Assembly: GCA_963843465.1 (NCBI GenBank)
Contig: CAWJKP010000001.1
Coordinates: 2,355,933-2,419,932, forward strand
DNA from: Pirellulales bacterium
Lineage (GTDB): Bacteria > Planctomycetota > Planctomycetia > Pirellulales > Thermoguttaceae
Length of the DNA: 64,000 bases
Direction of reading: 5' to 3'
This document shows positions 1 to 11,090 of this stretch, one piece after another. The notes beneath the pieces are model-generated. The model ran no database searches and had not been told where the DNA came from. It saw nothing but the letters and a program-made list of their open reading frames with translations. The translations under genes and the position numbers were made by a program. Numbering within the stretch: the stretch's first letter is position 1; every line of letters begins with the position of its first letter.

Positions 1-399
1 CGTCTCCGGGCCGAGGGCCACGTCTCCTTTCATCAACCGAGCGCCCTCGATGGCCTTGGCGATGGTCCGCAGCATTTCGGCGGGCTCGAAGGGTTTTAGC
101 TGGTAGTCGAAGGCCCCGCGCTTCGTGGCTTCGATCGCGGTATCCGTGGTGCCCCGGCCGGTCATGACGATCACCGGCAGCTTCGGCCGGCGTTGCTTGA
201 TCCGCCCCAAGGCATCGAGGCCGTTCATCCCCGGCAAACAGATGTCCAGGATCACCAGGTCGCAATCGTCCTTTTGCAGGAAACCCATGGCGTCTTCGCC
301 GCCGCGGACCGAAACGACCGCGTGTCCTTTGCTGGAAAGGATCTCCTCGAATGCCTGACAGACGCTGCGTTCGTCGTCAACTACCAGGATCTTGGCCAT
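1..399 (-). CDS. Response regulator receiver domain, N-terminal part (gene continues beyond the window start); probably an NtrC-family regulator
   Basis: Reverse-strand translation from 399 reads MAKILVVDDERSVCQAFEEILSSKGHAVVSVRGGEDAMGFLQKDDCDLVILDICLPGMNGLDALGRIKQRRPKLPVIVMTGRGTTDTAIEATKRGAFDYQLKPFEP. This is a canonical REC domain with a DD...D...K phospho-acceptor pattern. Its start overlaps the stop of the upstream histidine kinase by about 23 nt. Confidence 0.75.
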   Translation of the reverse strand, partial: MAKILVVDDERSVCQAFEEILSSKGHAVVSVRGGEDAMGFLQKDDCDLVILDICLPGMNGLDALGRIKQRRPKLPVIVMTGRGTTDTAIEATKRGAFDYQLKPFEPAEMLRTIAKAIEGARLMKGDVALGPET

Positions 400-1891
400 G
401 CGTACGCTCCGGGACGATGGGCATCCAGACCGCAAAGGTCGTGCCCGCTGCCGTCGACGATTCTAGCACCAGCGAGCCGCCGTGCCGAGCCATGATGTGC
501 GCGGCGATGCACAGCCCCAGCCCCGTGCCGGTATCCTTGGTGGTGAAGAAGGGCTCGAAGATCCGCCTTTGGACATCTTGGGGGATGCCGGGCCCCGTGT
601 CACCGATTCGCACGACTACCATGCGCCGGCCGTCGGCGTCTTTTTCCACGGCCGCCGTAAGGCGGATTTCGCCTCCTTGAGCCATGGCGTCCGCCGCATT
701 GCCGAGCAAGTTGAGCAACACTTGCTTGAGCTTGTCCGTGTCGGCCAGGACGGCGGGCAATCCGCCCGTCGGTCCGCTGCTTACGCGGATCTTCGCTTCC
801 TTGAGCCGCGGTTCCAGCAGCCCCAGCGTCTGTCCGATCGCCACGCTCACTTCCTGCGGCCGGCACTGGAGATCCATCGGGCGGGAGAATTCGAGAAACT
901 TGCGGATAATGCTTTCCAAGCGGGTAATCTCTTGCGAAATAATGCCCAGCTTGCGGCACAGATCCGCGTTGCCTTGGGCAGCCTCCTGAATGGAGAACAG
1001 CCACATCTTGATCGCCGTAAGCGGGTTGCGGATTTCGTGGGCGACCGTGGCCGCAAGCCTTCCCACCGACGCCAGCTTTTCCGCGGCCGCCAAGCGTAAG
1101 CGGCTGCGCTCCAGCCGCGAGCGCGTATCCGTCATATCCGACATCAAGCTGCGAAGATGGTTCCCCATGGCGTGCAGCTCGTCTTCTTCAGGATGCGTGC
1201 CGCCGTCGCGGCGGTGGACGCGGAAGAATTGCGCGTCCGCCATCATGCCGCGTAAGGGGAAGATTACCCGGTAGAAGAACAACCAGAGCAGCATTCCGCT
1301 CAGGCCGAGGGTCAGGACTACGGAAATGCCGACCATCCAGGTGGTCAGGCGGATCCGCCTGTCGGCCCGCGCCACGATCGCGCCCACGTAACGGTCATTG
1401 GCCAGGATGAACTGTTCGCAGAGATCGTGGGCCTCCTTGGACAATCGCCCGTTGACCTCGGTAAGGAGCAGGGCTTTCGCCCGTTCCGCCTCCCCTTGGT
1501 CGCGAAGCGCCATGGCTTCCTGCTGCCGCGCGTCGAGATCGGCCCACGTCTTTTCCAGGCGGCGTACGAGGGCCTGCTCTTCTTGCGGAACCGAAGGTGA
1601 GCTGCGGACCTTGGCGATCCAGTCCCGGAAATGCTGCTGCAGTTGCTGCAGTCGTTTCCGCCAAACGGGATTTCCCCCGTCGAGAAGATACGACGTGACC
1701 AGGGTGTTCCGCTCAAGCAGGATGATCTCAACGTCTTCCGCGCGGACGCTCGGCAGCGTCTCCTTGTGGGCCTCTTCCAGGCGGCGGTCGATGCGCCACG
1801 CGGCGTACAATGCCAGCAGACTGCTGGAGATCGACAATGCCAGGACGCCCAAGATCGTTGCAGAGAAGGTGGTTGCCAAACGCAGACGCAT
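377..1891 (-). CDS. Membrane-bound sensor histidine kinase (HisKA + HATPase_c)
   Basis: 504-aa ORF with two hydrophobic segments at the N-terminus. It has an H-box (AHEIRNPLTAI) and N/G1/G2 boxes (LGNAADAM, DTGPGIP, GTGLGL). It is co-directional with and overlaps the downstream response regulator. Confidence 0.8.
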   Translation of the reverse strand: MRLRLATTFSATILGVLALSISSSLLALYAAWRIDRRLEEAHKETLPSVRAEDVEIILLERNTLVTSYLLDGGNPVWRKRLQQLQQHFRDWIAKVRSSPSVPQEEQALVRRLEKTWADLDARQQEAMALRDQGEAERAKALLLTEVNGRLSKEAHDLCEQFILANDRYVGAIVARADRRIRLTTWMVGISVVLTLGLSGMLLWLFFYRVIFPLRGMMADAQFFRVHRRDGGTHPEEDELHAMGNHLRSLMSDMTDTRSRLERSRLRLAAAEKLASVGRLAATVAHEIRNPLTAIKMWLFSIQEAAQGNADLCRKLGIISQEITRLESIIRKFLEFSRPMDLQCRPQEVSVAIGQTLGLLEPRLKEAKIRVSSGPTGGLPAVLADTDKLKQVLLNLLGNAADAMAQGGEIRLTAAVEKDADGRRMVVVRIGDTGPGIPQDVQRRIFEPFFTTKDTGTGLGLCIAAHIMARHGGSLVLESSTAAGTTFAVWMPIVPERTHGQDPGS

Positions 1892-1949
1892 TCGTCAATC
1901 CTTTCCCCGCAAATACTCTCTCCGGCGACGGCCACGGTCCCCTGTTGCG

Positions 1950-3194
1950 CTAACGCGCCGCCTTCGGAGCGGGGGTTTGCGCCGGCTCATGCCCTGGGTT
2001 CTCCTTCAAGCGCCGGGCCACGCTTTCCGGCACGTGACCGCCCGCCTGGGTCAGCAAGTCGGCCGTAATCCGATCTTGTGGGACAGCGTTGAGGACCCGC
2101 AGCAACTGGGTCTGGGCGGCGGCTTTGTGGCCTTGTGCCAAGTAAAGGAAGCCGATCAGGAAGCGTGCCGCAGTCGACGAGGGGTTCTTCGTAACGTAGG
2201 TTTCCAGAGCGCGCATCTGGGGAGTGTAAATGCCCACGTTGTTATTGTAGAAGCCGATCAACAACGTCCAATCGACCTTGGCGCCCAGCGCCGCGACGGC
2301 ATGGGCCTCCGCCGCCGCACCCTGGTAATTGCCCACCGCGAACATCGACAGCGAGAGCAACAGGTGTACATTCGGGTCGCGGGCATTGTCCACGGCGGCA
2401 TGTTCCGCAAGCTGCAAGGCGTTTGCGTAGTTCGCTGCGTGGAAGGCTTCCAAGGCCCGCGCGTAATAATCGCTCGCCGCCGCCGTATCGATCGACGCGC
2501 TGGGCGCCGTTTCGATCGGTGTGCTGTCGGCATAGCCGGTCACGTCCGTCGGAGCGGCGTAGGCCGCCGTGTAGACGCCGGACGGATAGTCGTAGTCGCC
2601 GTAGTACCACCAGGGCATCGAGGCGTAGTCGTCCCACCAAGGGTAGCCCCACCCTCCCCAAAGCCCGCCGAATCCGTAGCCACCGAACCCAGCATAGCCG
2701 AAGCCGCGGCCGTAATATCCACGCCCGTAGCCGCCATAGCCGGCCAGCCCGCCGTACAAGGGACGATAGGCACCGATGCCCGAACGAAAGGCTCCTGCCC
2801 CCACGCCCCGCCCGTAGGAACCGATGCCGTAGGAACGACCGCCCCAACCGCCGTAGGAACCTACACCGTAGGAACGGCCGCCCCAACCGCCGTAGGAACC
2901 TACACCGTAGGACCGGCCGCCCCAACCGCCGTAGGAACCGACGCCATAGGAACGGCCGCCCCAGCCACCGCCACCACCCCAGCCTCCACCGTAGGAGCGG
3001 CCTCCCCAACCCCCGCCACCCCCGCTGTGGAAGCCCCCCCCTCCGAACCCGCCCCCGCCGAACCCTCCGCCGCCGTGGCCGCCGCCGCCACCACCACCCC
3101 CACCACCGTGGGCGAAAACAAGCGAAGGCGACCCGAAAACCAATGCGGCGGCCATTGCCGTGCACAACGCAATAAAGCGAAGTCGTACTGACAT
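1950..3194 (-). CDS. Secreted glycine-rich repeat / TPR-domain protein
   Basis: Signal peptide MSVRLRFIALCTAMAAALVFGSPSLVFA, then poly-Gly blocks and a four-times repeated RSYGVGSYGGWGG unit. The C-terminal half has TPR-like helices (ALQLAEHAAVDNARDPNVHLLLSLSMFAVGNYQGAAAEAHA...). The R-rich ORFs on the opposite strand are rejected as artefacts of the Gly repeats. Confidence 0.55.
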   Translation of the reverse strand: MSVRLRFIALCTAMAAALVFGSPSLVFAHGGGGGGGGGGHGGGGFGGGGFGGGGFHSGGGGGWGGRSYGGGWGGGGGWGGRSYGVGSYGGWGGRSYGVGSYGGWGGRSYGVGSYGGWGGRSYGIGSYGRGVGAGAFRSGIGAYRPLYGGLAGYGGYGRGYYGRGFGYAGFGGYGFGGLWGGWGYPWWDDYASMPWWYYGDYDYPSGVYTAAYAAPTDVTGYADSTPIETAPSASIDTAAASDYYARALEAFHAANYANALQLAEHAAVDNARDPNVHLLLSLSMFAVGNYQGAAAEAHAVAALGAKVDWTLLIGFYNNNVGIYTPQMRALETYVTKNPSSTAARFLIGFLYLAQGHKAAAQTQLLRVLNAVPQDRITADLLTQAGGHVPESVARRLKENPGHEPAQTPAPKAAR

Positions 3195-3242
3195 GATTGC
3201 TCTCCTTCCGCACCGAATGTTCTCACCGGCCAGGTGACACGC

Positions 3243-3355
3243 CCTAGCCCGGATTGTTCGCGGGCGCATCGTAAACGCGAAGCGTAAGCGAGGACGGCTA
3301 AGGAACTTAGCCTTGCTTACGCTTCGGGTTTCGATTACGCGCTCTCATCAGCGTT
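3243..3355. repeat. Palindromic MITE-like element, family B (core GCGAAGCGTAAGCGAGG...CCTCGCTTACGCTTCG); second copy at 50525-50670
   Basis: Near-identical ~80 bp core plus flanking CCGGATTRTTC terminal inverted repeats seen at both loci. The internal arms (GTAAGCG...) resemble IS66-type ends. Confidence 0.5.
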
Positions 3356-3550
3356 CTTTCTCCCAATTCTTGCCGCATTCCACGTGCCAAAGCCTTCCGC
3401 GTTTCGAAACAGACGCCGCAACTGGTTCCGCTATTTCAAGATAAGTACGTATCGCAGCACTCCGGGCGTGAGCTCAGCGGCTCAGTGTTACCGTCCGGAT
3501 GTTGACACTGGTTGTTGCTTCTAGTGGTCGCACTGTGGCAGGTAAGGGGG

Positions 3551-3652
3551 GTAACCGTTCACGGGCCGGGGACTGGCTCATTTTTCGGCCCCTTTCGGCG
3601 TCTACGCGACACGCATCTGAGGCCGAAAAATGTGCCTGTCCCCTTGGCCGAA
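3551..3652. repeat. REP/MITE-like palindromic element, family A (GTAACCGTTCACGG...GGCTCATTTTTCGGCC...GGCCGAAAAATG...)
   Basis: About 100 bp with an internal hairpin (TCATTTTTCGGCC / GGCCGAAAAATGA). A near-identical copy lies at 10968-11070. Degenerate copies lie at 50366-50476 and 57293-57372. It shares the terminal GTAACCGTTCACGG with the IS66 element ends at 23381/24950. Confidence 0.6.
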
Positions 3653-3653
3653 G

Positions 3654-5020
3654 TTACGGCCAGACGCCGCGTTCCGTCGCCGTTTTTGCCACACGTTCCA
3701 GCGCCAGTACGTAGGCCGCTGTCCGCAGGTCGGCACGCGGTAGCGGTTCGCCGTCCGCCTCGCTCGGTTGCTCGACGCGGCGCGATGCCGTCGCGAGGCC
3801 ATCGAGCGAACGATTGAGCTCCTCTTGCTTGTCGAAAACGGCGTCCGTGGCTCGCCGCATCTTTTTCTGCAGCTTCTCGTGGATCTCGTCAAGTTCCCAC
3901 TCTTCCATTTTGACGTTCTGGACCCACTCGTAGTAGCTGACGGTTACGCCGCCGGCGTTGGCCAAGATGTCCGGGAAGACGGGGATCCCTCGCTCGAACA
4001 GGATCCGATCGGCGACCGGCGTCGTGGGACCGTTTGCCGCTTCCACGATGCACCGGGCTTGGACCTTGGCCGCGTTGTCCGCGCGGATCTGGTTCTCCAG
4101 CGCTGCAGGTATCAGGATGTCGCAAGGCAGGAGCAGCAGCTCCGCGTTACTGACAGGGTCGCAGTCGGGGAGCCCGACAACGGAGCCGGTTCTTCGCTTA
4201 TGTGCGATCACCCTGGCAGGATCCAAACCTCGGCGGTTCACGATGCCGCCCGTCGAATCGCTCACCGCGATAACGCGTGCGCCGGCTTGGGCGAAGAGTT
4301 CGGCGGCGATCGCGCCGGCATTGCCGAATCCTTGAACGACCACGGCCGCGTCTTTCAGGGATTGCCGTTGCGGCAGGATGCCGCGCTCGACGGCTCGGCT
4401 GGTGGCGAACAGGCATCCCAAGGCCGTGGCCTCGCGTCGTCCGGGCGCTCCGCCCAGGTCCAGGGGTTTTCCCGTGACCACGGGCAAGTTGTTCCGGCCC
4501 GGATGCATCATCTCGTACGTATCGTAAATCCAGGCCATGGTCTCTGCGTCGGTGCCGACATCGGGCGCCAGGATATCCGTGTTGGGCCCGATGCAGTCCT
4601 CCAACTCCGCGATGTACCGCCGGGTGATCTTGCGCAAATCGTTGCGGGTCAGTTGCTTCGGATCACAGGCCAAGCCGCCCTTGCGCCTCCGAAAGGAACG
4701 TTGACGACGGCACATTTCCAGGTCATCCAGGATGCCAGACCTCGCACCTCGTCCTCGGTCACGTCGGGATGAAACCGCACGCCGCCTTTGCCCGGGCCAC
4801 GGATACGGCTGTGCAGCGCGCGATATCCCGTGAACATGCGAATCGAGCCGTCGTCCATCTCAATGGGGAAATCCACGGTCACGATCCGCGCCGTCTGCTT
4901 GAGAAAATCGATCAAACCCCGTCGCAGCTGCGGCAAGTACCTCGCCGCTTGATCGACTTGCTGCTGCGCGATACGGTAGGGATTCAACTCTTCCCCGGTT
5001 GTGAAGGCAGTATCATGCAT
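3654..5020 (-). CDS. gdhA: NAD(P)-specific glutamate dehydrogenase (Glu/Leu/Phe/Val dehydrogenase family), with an apparent frameshift near 4690
   Basis: The N-terminal ORF (MHDTAFTTGEELNPYRIAQQQ...NVPFGGA) and the C-terminal ORF (KGGLACDPKQLTRNDLRKITRRYIAELEDCIGPNTDILAPDVGTD...) together give a complete GDH. It carries the K-G-G catalytic motif and a GFGNAG Rossmann motif. The two frames overlap at 4649-4715. Confidence 0.8.
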
Positions 5021-5252
5021 GGCTTGCTCCCAAAATCGTGGTCCAACCCGCTTGGTGGTCCCACCCGAAATAGTGCTCTCCGTCTCTCGCCCCTGAATCA
5101 TTCTATCCCTTCAGGTCCAGGCCGTGCGGCCAAAATCTTTCCTCGCTCGACAACCGCGGGACGATAGCAAAGTGCGGAAATCCCGGCTAGAATGGAGGGC
5201 GAATCCGCGTAGGGGCGGAACCAGCCGAGAGAACCGTTTTTTCGAGCAGCCT

Positions 5253-8200
5253 ATGTTGTCGCATTTGCACATCGGATCGGGTGTCGGTCAGCGGTGGAGG
5301 CTGGGGAGGGGCCTGGTCCGGTGGCTTGCGCTGGTTGGGGTCTTCAGCAGCGCAGCCCTTGCGACGGCCGCCGATCCTCAGTCGGCGACGAAGCCCGCTC
5401 CGCCCGCCCTTGCCGCGACGGAGAAGGCCCCGGCGACTGGCGCCCCGGCTCCGGCCCCATTCACAACGCCGGCCGCCAAGGAAACGGCCACCGAGGCGCA
5501 GACCACGCTGGTCAAGCTCCTTGGCGACGACTCCTACGAGAAACGCCGCCAGGCCGCCAAAGAACTGGCCGCGCAGGGCTTATCGGCCCAGAAGGTCCTC
5601 CAGGCAGGGCTGCAGAACGCAGACCTCGAGGTCCGCCGGAGCTGCCGGCGTCTGTTGATCCAAGTGATCGAGGCCGACCTCCGCCGCCGTCTGGACGACC
5701 TGCTGGCCGACGACGAGGGGAAGAAGGAACACCCCTTGCCCTGCTGGAAACGCTACGCCGAAGTCTTCGGCAAGGACAGGGAATCGCGGCAGACGTTCGC
5801 CGACATGCAGAGGGCGGAGCCGGCCTTGTTGGAGTCGGCCGAAACGGCGGACGAACTTGCCACGCAGACGCTGCGTCTCCGCTGGCAGCAGCTCTTTCAA
5901 CACATGTTCGGCAACGGGCAGCCCAACCAGCAGCCGACCTTCGGCAGCCTGGCGGCGCTGCTGTTCGTGACGGTGGATACGAAGGTCCAGGTGCCGCAGG
6001 AACTGGTCAACAATAACATGTGCATGAACGTGTTCTACCAGGGCGCGTTCCAGCAGGCCCTCAACGAGAACGCGCGGAAGGCCATGGCCCGCAAACTGCT
6101 GGGCCGCTGGATCCGGCAGCCGACCGGCCAGCAGTTCTTGATTCAGAAGCTCCAGCTCGCCATGCAGCACCAAGTCAAAGAAGCCCTGGGCTTGGGGATC
6201 GAATTGCTGAAGAACAACGGCGCGAACAATGCGCAGATGATGGGCTACGGGATCGAGGCCGTCGCGCGGCTGGGCGGAAAGCCCTACGCGGCGATGCTCG
6301 TGCCGCTGTTGAAGGACAACCGTGAATGCCTGCGGCAGGTGATGGTGATCAACAACAAGCAGGAAACCAGGGTGGTCGAGGTCCGCGACGTGGCCCTGGC
6401 ATGGCTTGTGGAACTGACCGGCCAGGACCACGCGCAGTACGACATGCCGGAGGCGAAGCCGTGGTTCGAGAACCTGCGGCGGTTCCCGCAGAACATGTTC
6501 AATTTTTTCAACATGGGCTTCCAGGAGGCGTCGAAGCGCGAGGGCGCGATCAAGAAGTTCCAGGAGTGGCTGAAGAGCAACCCGCTGTCCGACCCGCCGC
6601 CGCTGCCCGCGATCGAAGGCCAGCCGCCGCCTGTGCCCAACGTGGCGCCGGGCCAGCCCGTCGTCCAGCAACCCGTGAAACCCAAAGAAGCGGCGGACCC
6701 GGCGCCGGTGCTCGGCCTGGCCATGGCCGACCGCGCCCAGACCCGCAAGCTGGCCGAAGCCAAGCGACTGATCGATCGCCAATCCTACGCCGAGGCGACC
6801 GGCCTGCTGGGCGGGATCCTGGCGGCCCCCAGCGATTTCACCTTCAAACCGGACCCGGCGGTTGCGCTCTACCGGCGGTTGAAACCTGCCGCAGAGGCCT
6901 TGCTCGGCCAGCTTCCCCCGGAAGGGCTGCAAGCCTACGAATTGCGGTTTGGGGCCGCCGCGCGAGAGAAGCTGACCGATGCCGCGACGGCGGGCAATCC
7001 GGCATCGCTGGCCGGCGTGGTCGAGAGCTTCTTCTACACGGACGCCGGGGCGGAAGCCGCGTTCTTGCTGGGGACCTGTCACCGCGACGAAGGGCGGCCG
7101 CTCCTGGCCGCGTCCCTCTTGCAACGCCTGGAAAGCGATCCTCGGCGCGGCGAGCGGTTCCAGCCCGCGCTTTCCCTGGAACTGGCCGCGTGCTACCTGC
7201 GATGCCGCACGCCCAAGGACGCCAAGGAAGTGCTCTTGCGGCTGAAAAGCGCCGACCCGGCGAGGACCGTCAAGGTGGCCGGCAAGGAGCGAAAGCTCTT
7301 CCAGAGCGACCGCGAGGCCCTGGCGTGGCTGGAAGGCCTGATCGGGCCGCAGCCGGCGCCGGGCAGCGATTGGGCGATGTTCGCCGGCAGCCCCGCGCGG
7401 AGCGGCGCGGGGGCCGACAGCAATCCCTACCTCCGCGCCAAGTACAAGGTCGCCACGGCAGCCGACTCCGCCGTCCAGGCCGGCTTGGAGAAGATCGCCG
7501 ACGAGAACCGCCAGGTGCGCCGTGCCGCGGTCCCCAACGTCTGCCCGCTGGTCGTCGGCCGGACCGTGCTCCTCCGCACTGCCGCCGACCTGCGCCGGTG
7601 GACTTCGCCACGGGGGCCCTGCGCTGGGAAGCCCCGAGCGAAGACGGCCTCACCACGTTCCTCGCCTGTGCCGACGGCGACAGGAAATCGAAGGCGGCCG
7701 ACTTGCTCCAGCGCGGCCTGCGGCGGCGCTTGTGGGAAGACCACGCCTTCGGCACCCTCAGCAGCGACGGCCGCTCGGTGTTCGGCCTGGAGGGGTTACC
7801 CTTCGACCTTGGCGCGGACAACCAGACGATGACCGTCTTGCCCGACGGCCGGCGCCAACTCCCGCCCGGCTCGCTGACCAACTACAACTTGTTGTGCGCG
7901 TACGACATCGCCACGGGCAAGCTGAAATGGGAGCTGGGGGGAGCGCCGGGGGCCGCGGGCAATCGGCTGGCCGGGGCCTTTTTTCTCGGCCCGCCCCTGC
8001 CCTTGGACGACCAGTTGTACGTCACCGCCGAGATCCAAGACCAGACGCGGCTGTTGGCCCTTTATCCCGCGACCGGCGCCGTAAGGTCCGAATGGACATT
8101 GTCCCTGCGCGACGAGCCGAGTTCGCCCCCCGGCTTCTTCATGCCCTGGCAGATGAAGCGCTCGCCGCAGCGGCAGACGGTGGCAAGTCCCGCTTTCGCC

Positions 8201-9727
8201 GACGGCGTGTTCGTCTGCTGCACCGCCGAAGATCGCTATCTGGGGGTGGACCTGGTCAATGGCTCGGTCCTCTGGGTCTATGAAGTGCAGCAGCAAGACC
8301 CGCAGACGGACAAACTCGACCGCTGGTGCGACCCGGGGATGCTCATCGCTGCGGGGCACGTCTTCCTTACCCCGCCCGGCACGGACCAGTTGGTCTGCCT
8401 GCGTCTGGCCGACGGGCACCAGGCATGGTCGGCGCCGCGCCGCGACGGGCTGTACGTAGCCGGCATGCACGAGGGCAAGGTGCTGATCGTGGGCCGCAAG
8501 GGGCTGCGGGCCTTGAAACTCGAGGACGGCTCATCCGCCTGGCCGGGCGACGTTGGCTGGCCCGGCGGCGCCGTCGCCAGCGGCCGCGGCTACCTGGGCC
8601 CTTCGCAATACTATGTGCCGCTCGGCAATGGCGAAGTCGCCGCCGTGGACCTGAGCAAGGGTGAAATCGCTTCGCGCACGCGCTCTACCGACGGCACGAT
8701 GCCGGGCAACCTGGTAAGCTGCCAGGGGGCGGTCGTCTCTCAGGGCGCGGACGCGCTGTGCCGCTTCGACTTGCTGCCCACGCGCCTCGGCGAGTTGGAA
8801 GCCGAACTGGCCAGGCGGCCGCAGGACGCCAGGCTCCTGGCCGACTACGGCGAAGCCCTCCTGGCCCAAGGCCGCCACCAGGAAGCGATCCAGCGGCTTC
8901 GCGCGGCGCTTGAGGCCCAGCGGAACGACCGCACGCAACAGTTGCTGGCCGACGCCGTCGCCGAAGCCCTGCGGTTGGATTTCCCCAAGTTCCGCCCCCT
9001 GGTCGAGGAGCTGGAAAAGCTCCTGGACAAGCCCGAGTTCCGCTCCCGCGTGCTTCAGGAAGTGGCGCTGGGATACCAGCGGATCGGCCAGGGCCGCGAA
9101 GCGCTGGACAACTACCTGAAATGGATCGACCTGATCGGCGACGCGAGGAAACTCGAACAGCCGGATGCCTCGCGCACCACGAGGACCGACCGACTAGCGC
9201 AGGCCGGACTGGCGGAACTGTGGGCGGCGGCGAAAGCGGAAGATCGGGCGGAAGTGGACCGGCGCATCACGGCCCGGCTTCACGAGGACCAGTTGCCGCA
9301 GTATCTTGCCCTGTACGGGTTCCACCCCAGCGCCAATGACGTGCGGCTGCGTTTGGCCCAGAAGTATCTGGCCTCCGCGAAGCCCGAGGACCAGCGATTC
9401 CTGGAAGCGGAATTGCTGTTGGATCGCGTGGCCCGCAGCGGCAACCCCCGGCAGCAGCGAGAGGCGGCCACGCGCCTGGCGGCCTTGCGGCGCCAGTCCG
9501 GGCGTCCGCAGGAGGTCGACATGTCGGACCCCTGGCCCGCCGGGCCGGTGAAGAGAGAGTCGCAGAAACGGCAGATGAACCAGCCTCGGGGGGTTTCCAA
9601 CCGGCGCCCCTCTGGCTGCCCGACGGCAACCGCTCGTTCTCGATCGTTTTCGCCGGCGACGGGCCGTCGATCCAGGAACGGAGCCCCCAGGGGCAACTCC
9701 GCTGGCGCATGCCGATCGCGGACCTGA
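5253..9727 (+). CDS. Giant exported protein with HEAT-like N-terminus, PQQ-type beta-propeller repeats and C-terminal TPR repeats; single apparent frameshift near 7598
   Basis: The frame-0 ORF (signal-like MLSHLHIGSGVGQRWRLGRGLVRWLALVGVFSSAALA...) runs to 7832. The frame-2 ORF carries PQQ-like repeats (ATGKLKWELGG, DGSVLWVYE, DGHQAWSAPRRDGLYVAG) and TPR-like helices to 9727. The join ...VGRTVLLRTAADL / RPVDFATGALRWEAP reconstitutes one continuous PQQ repeat. Confidence 0.6.
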
Positions 9728-10938
9728 AGCTCAATCCGCAGGCCATCGGTTATCTCTACAATTTCAGCGACGGGTGCCTGTGCGGACATTTGCTCGTGTC
9801 CGTGCTGGCCGGCCGCGCCGCGGCCATCGACACCTTTGCCGTCCCCGGCGGCGACCCCAAGAACCCCCAGGCCAAGCTCCTTTGGGCCCAGGACTCGCCC
9901 ACGACCAATTTTCAGCCGAACATGTTGCCCAGGCAGTTGCCGCGGCGCCTGCAGATGCAGCGGCAGGCTAGGCCGCTGGCGACCTCGCTCCCCGCGCCGA
10001 TCCTGGCCACCGGGGAGTACGTCTGCTTCGAACAGGACCGCAGACTGTTGGCGGTCGAGCCGCTTACCGGGCAGACGCTCTGGGCGCGCGAGGGCTTGGA
10101 CGCCGGCGCGGACCTCTTCGGCGACGAGGAGATGGTCTTTGCCACTTCGCCCGACTCCAACGAGGCCGAGGTGATTTCCGGCCTGGACGGCCGCGAGCTG
10201 GGCCGCCGCCAGGTGCCGGCGCTTGCCAATCGCGTGATGACTCGCGGCCGGCGCGTGCTCACCTGGGAAACCAATGCCCATCAAGCCGAGTTGACCTTGC
10301 TGGACCCCTGGACTGAGCAAGCGGTGTGGCAGCAGAAATTCTCCTCCGATGCCCATTTCTGGCCCGTCAGCCGCAATGAGTTGGCGGTTCTCGATCCGAA
10401 AGGCAAATTCGCGGTGGTTGACCTGGCCGGCGGCGAAATCGTGCTCAAGGCGCAGGTCGATCCGGTCGATCCACTGGAGGGCATCGTGGTGCTCCGCACG
10501 GCCGGCCGTTACGTGCTCTTGACGAACCGGCCCAACCCGCCGCAGGCCAACCCCTTCGGCAACTTCATGCAGCCGGGCAACGTGGCCGTGGGCGGCTGGG
10601 CGCACGGGTTCGACGCCAAGGGCACGAAACTCTGGTCCGCCGAGATTCCGCACCAGGTCCTGAACGTCTTCCAGCCCTCGGACCTGCCGGTGTTGTTCCT
10701 CTTCCGCCAGTACATGAAGGCGGTCCCGATGCCCAACGGCGGGTTCCAGGGTGGACAAATGGAGGGCCAGGTGTTCTGCCTGGACACGCGCGACGGCAAG
10801 GTCCTGCACGAGGACGCCGCGCAGGACAACAATCTGTACGAGTTGGAGGTCGATCCCGGGCGTCGCATCGAGTTCAGCTCGCACGCGCAGTCGGTGACGC
10901 TGACGTTCCCTGCAGAAAGGAGCAGCGCGCCCCATTAG
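9709..10938 (+). CDS. PQQ-like beta-propeller domain protein (possible downstream partner or continuation of the preceding giant gene)
   Basis: 409-aa ORF with repeated ...TGQTLWARE..., ...EQAVWQQKF..., ...DGKVLHE... blade-like motifs. The frame is open upstream of the ATG, and the start overlaps the previous stop by 19 nt. Confidence 0.5.
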   Translation: MPIADLKLNPQAIGYLYNFSDGCLCGHLLVSVLAGRAAAIDTFAVPGGDPKNPQAKLLWAQDSPTTNFQPNMLPRQLPRRLQMQRQARPLATSLPAPILATGEYVCFEQDRRLLAVEPLTGQTLWAREGLDAGADLFGDEEMVFATSPDSNEAEVISGLDGRELGRRQVPALANRVMTRGRRVLTWETNAHQAELTLLDPWTEQAVWQQKFSSDAHFWPVSRNELAVLDPKGKFAVVDLAGGEIVLKAQVDPVDPLEGIVVLRTAGRYVLLTNRPNPPQANPFGNFMQPGNVAVGGWAHGFDAKGTKLWSAEIPHQVLNVFQPSDLPVLFLFRQYMKAVPMPNGGFQGGQMEGQVFCLDTRDGKVLHEDAAQDNNLYELEVDPGRRIEFSSHAQSVTLTFPAERSSAPH

Positions 10939-10967
10939 GGCCTGGAAAACAACAAGTTGGGCAAACC

Positions 10968-11070
10968 GTAACCGTTCACGGGCCGGGGACTGGCTCATTT
11001 TTCGGCCCCTTTCGCCGTCTACGCGACACGCGTCTGAGGCCGAAAAATGTGCCTGTCCCCTTGGCCGAAG
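10968..11070. repeat. REP/MITE-like palindromic element, family A (second full copy)
   Basis: About 95% identical to 3551-3652. It sits immediately upstream of the M23 peptidase gene. Confidence 0.6.
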
Positions 11071-11090
11071 CGGATCAGCGCGAGGTCGGC

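Noticed and set aside
2242-3213. Arg-rich ORFs on both strands (323 aa minus, 250 aa plus) over the glycine-repeat region
   Set aside because: Alternative frames of the GGN/GCC-rich tandem repeats of the Gly-rich/TPR gene. The R/W/L periodic translation is an artefact.
4649-4715. Programmed ribosomal frameshifting in gdhA and other split genes
   Set aside because: No slippery heptamer/pseudoknot pattern is shared by the sites. Several coincide with G5-6 or C5 homopolymers, and the affected genes are unrelated. Indel error, or less likely decay, is the simpler explanation.
5281-6016. Internal ORFs 5281-5658 (125 aa, R/P-rich) and 5294-6016 (240 aa) within the PQQ/TPR giant gene
   Set aside because: These are alternative frames of a GC-rich gene with proline/arginine-dominated translations. 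The frame-0 reading is the protein-like one.
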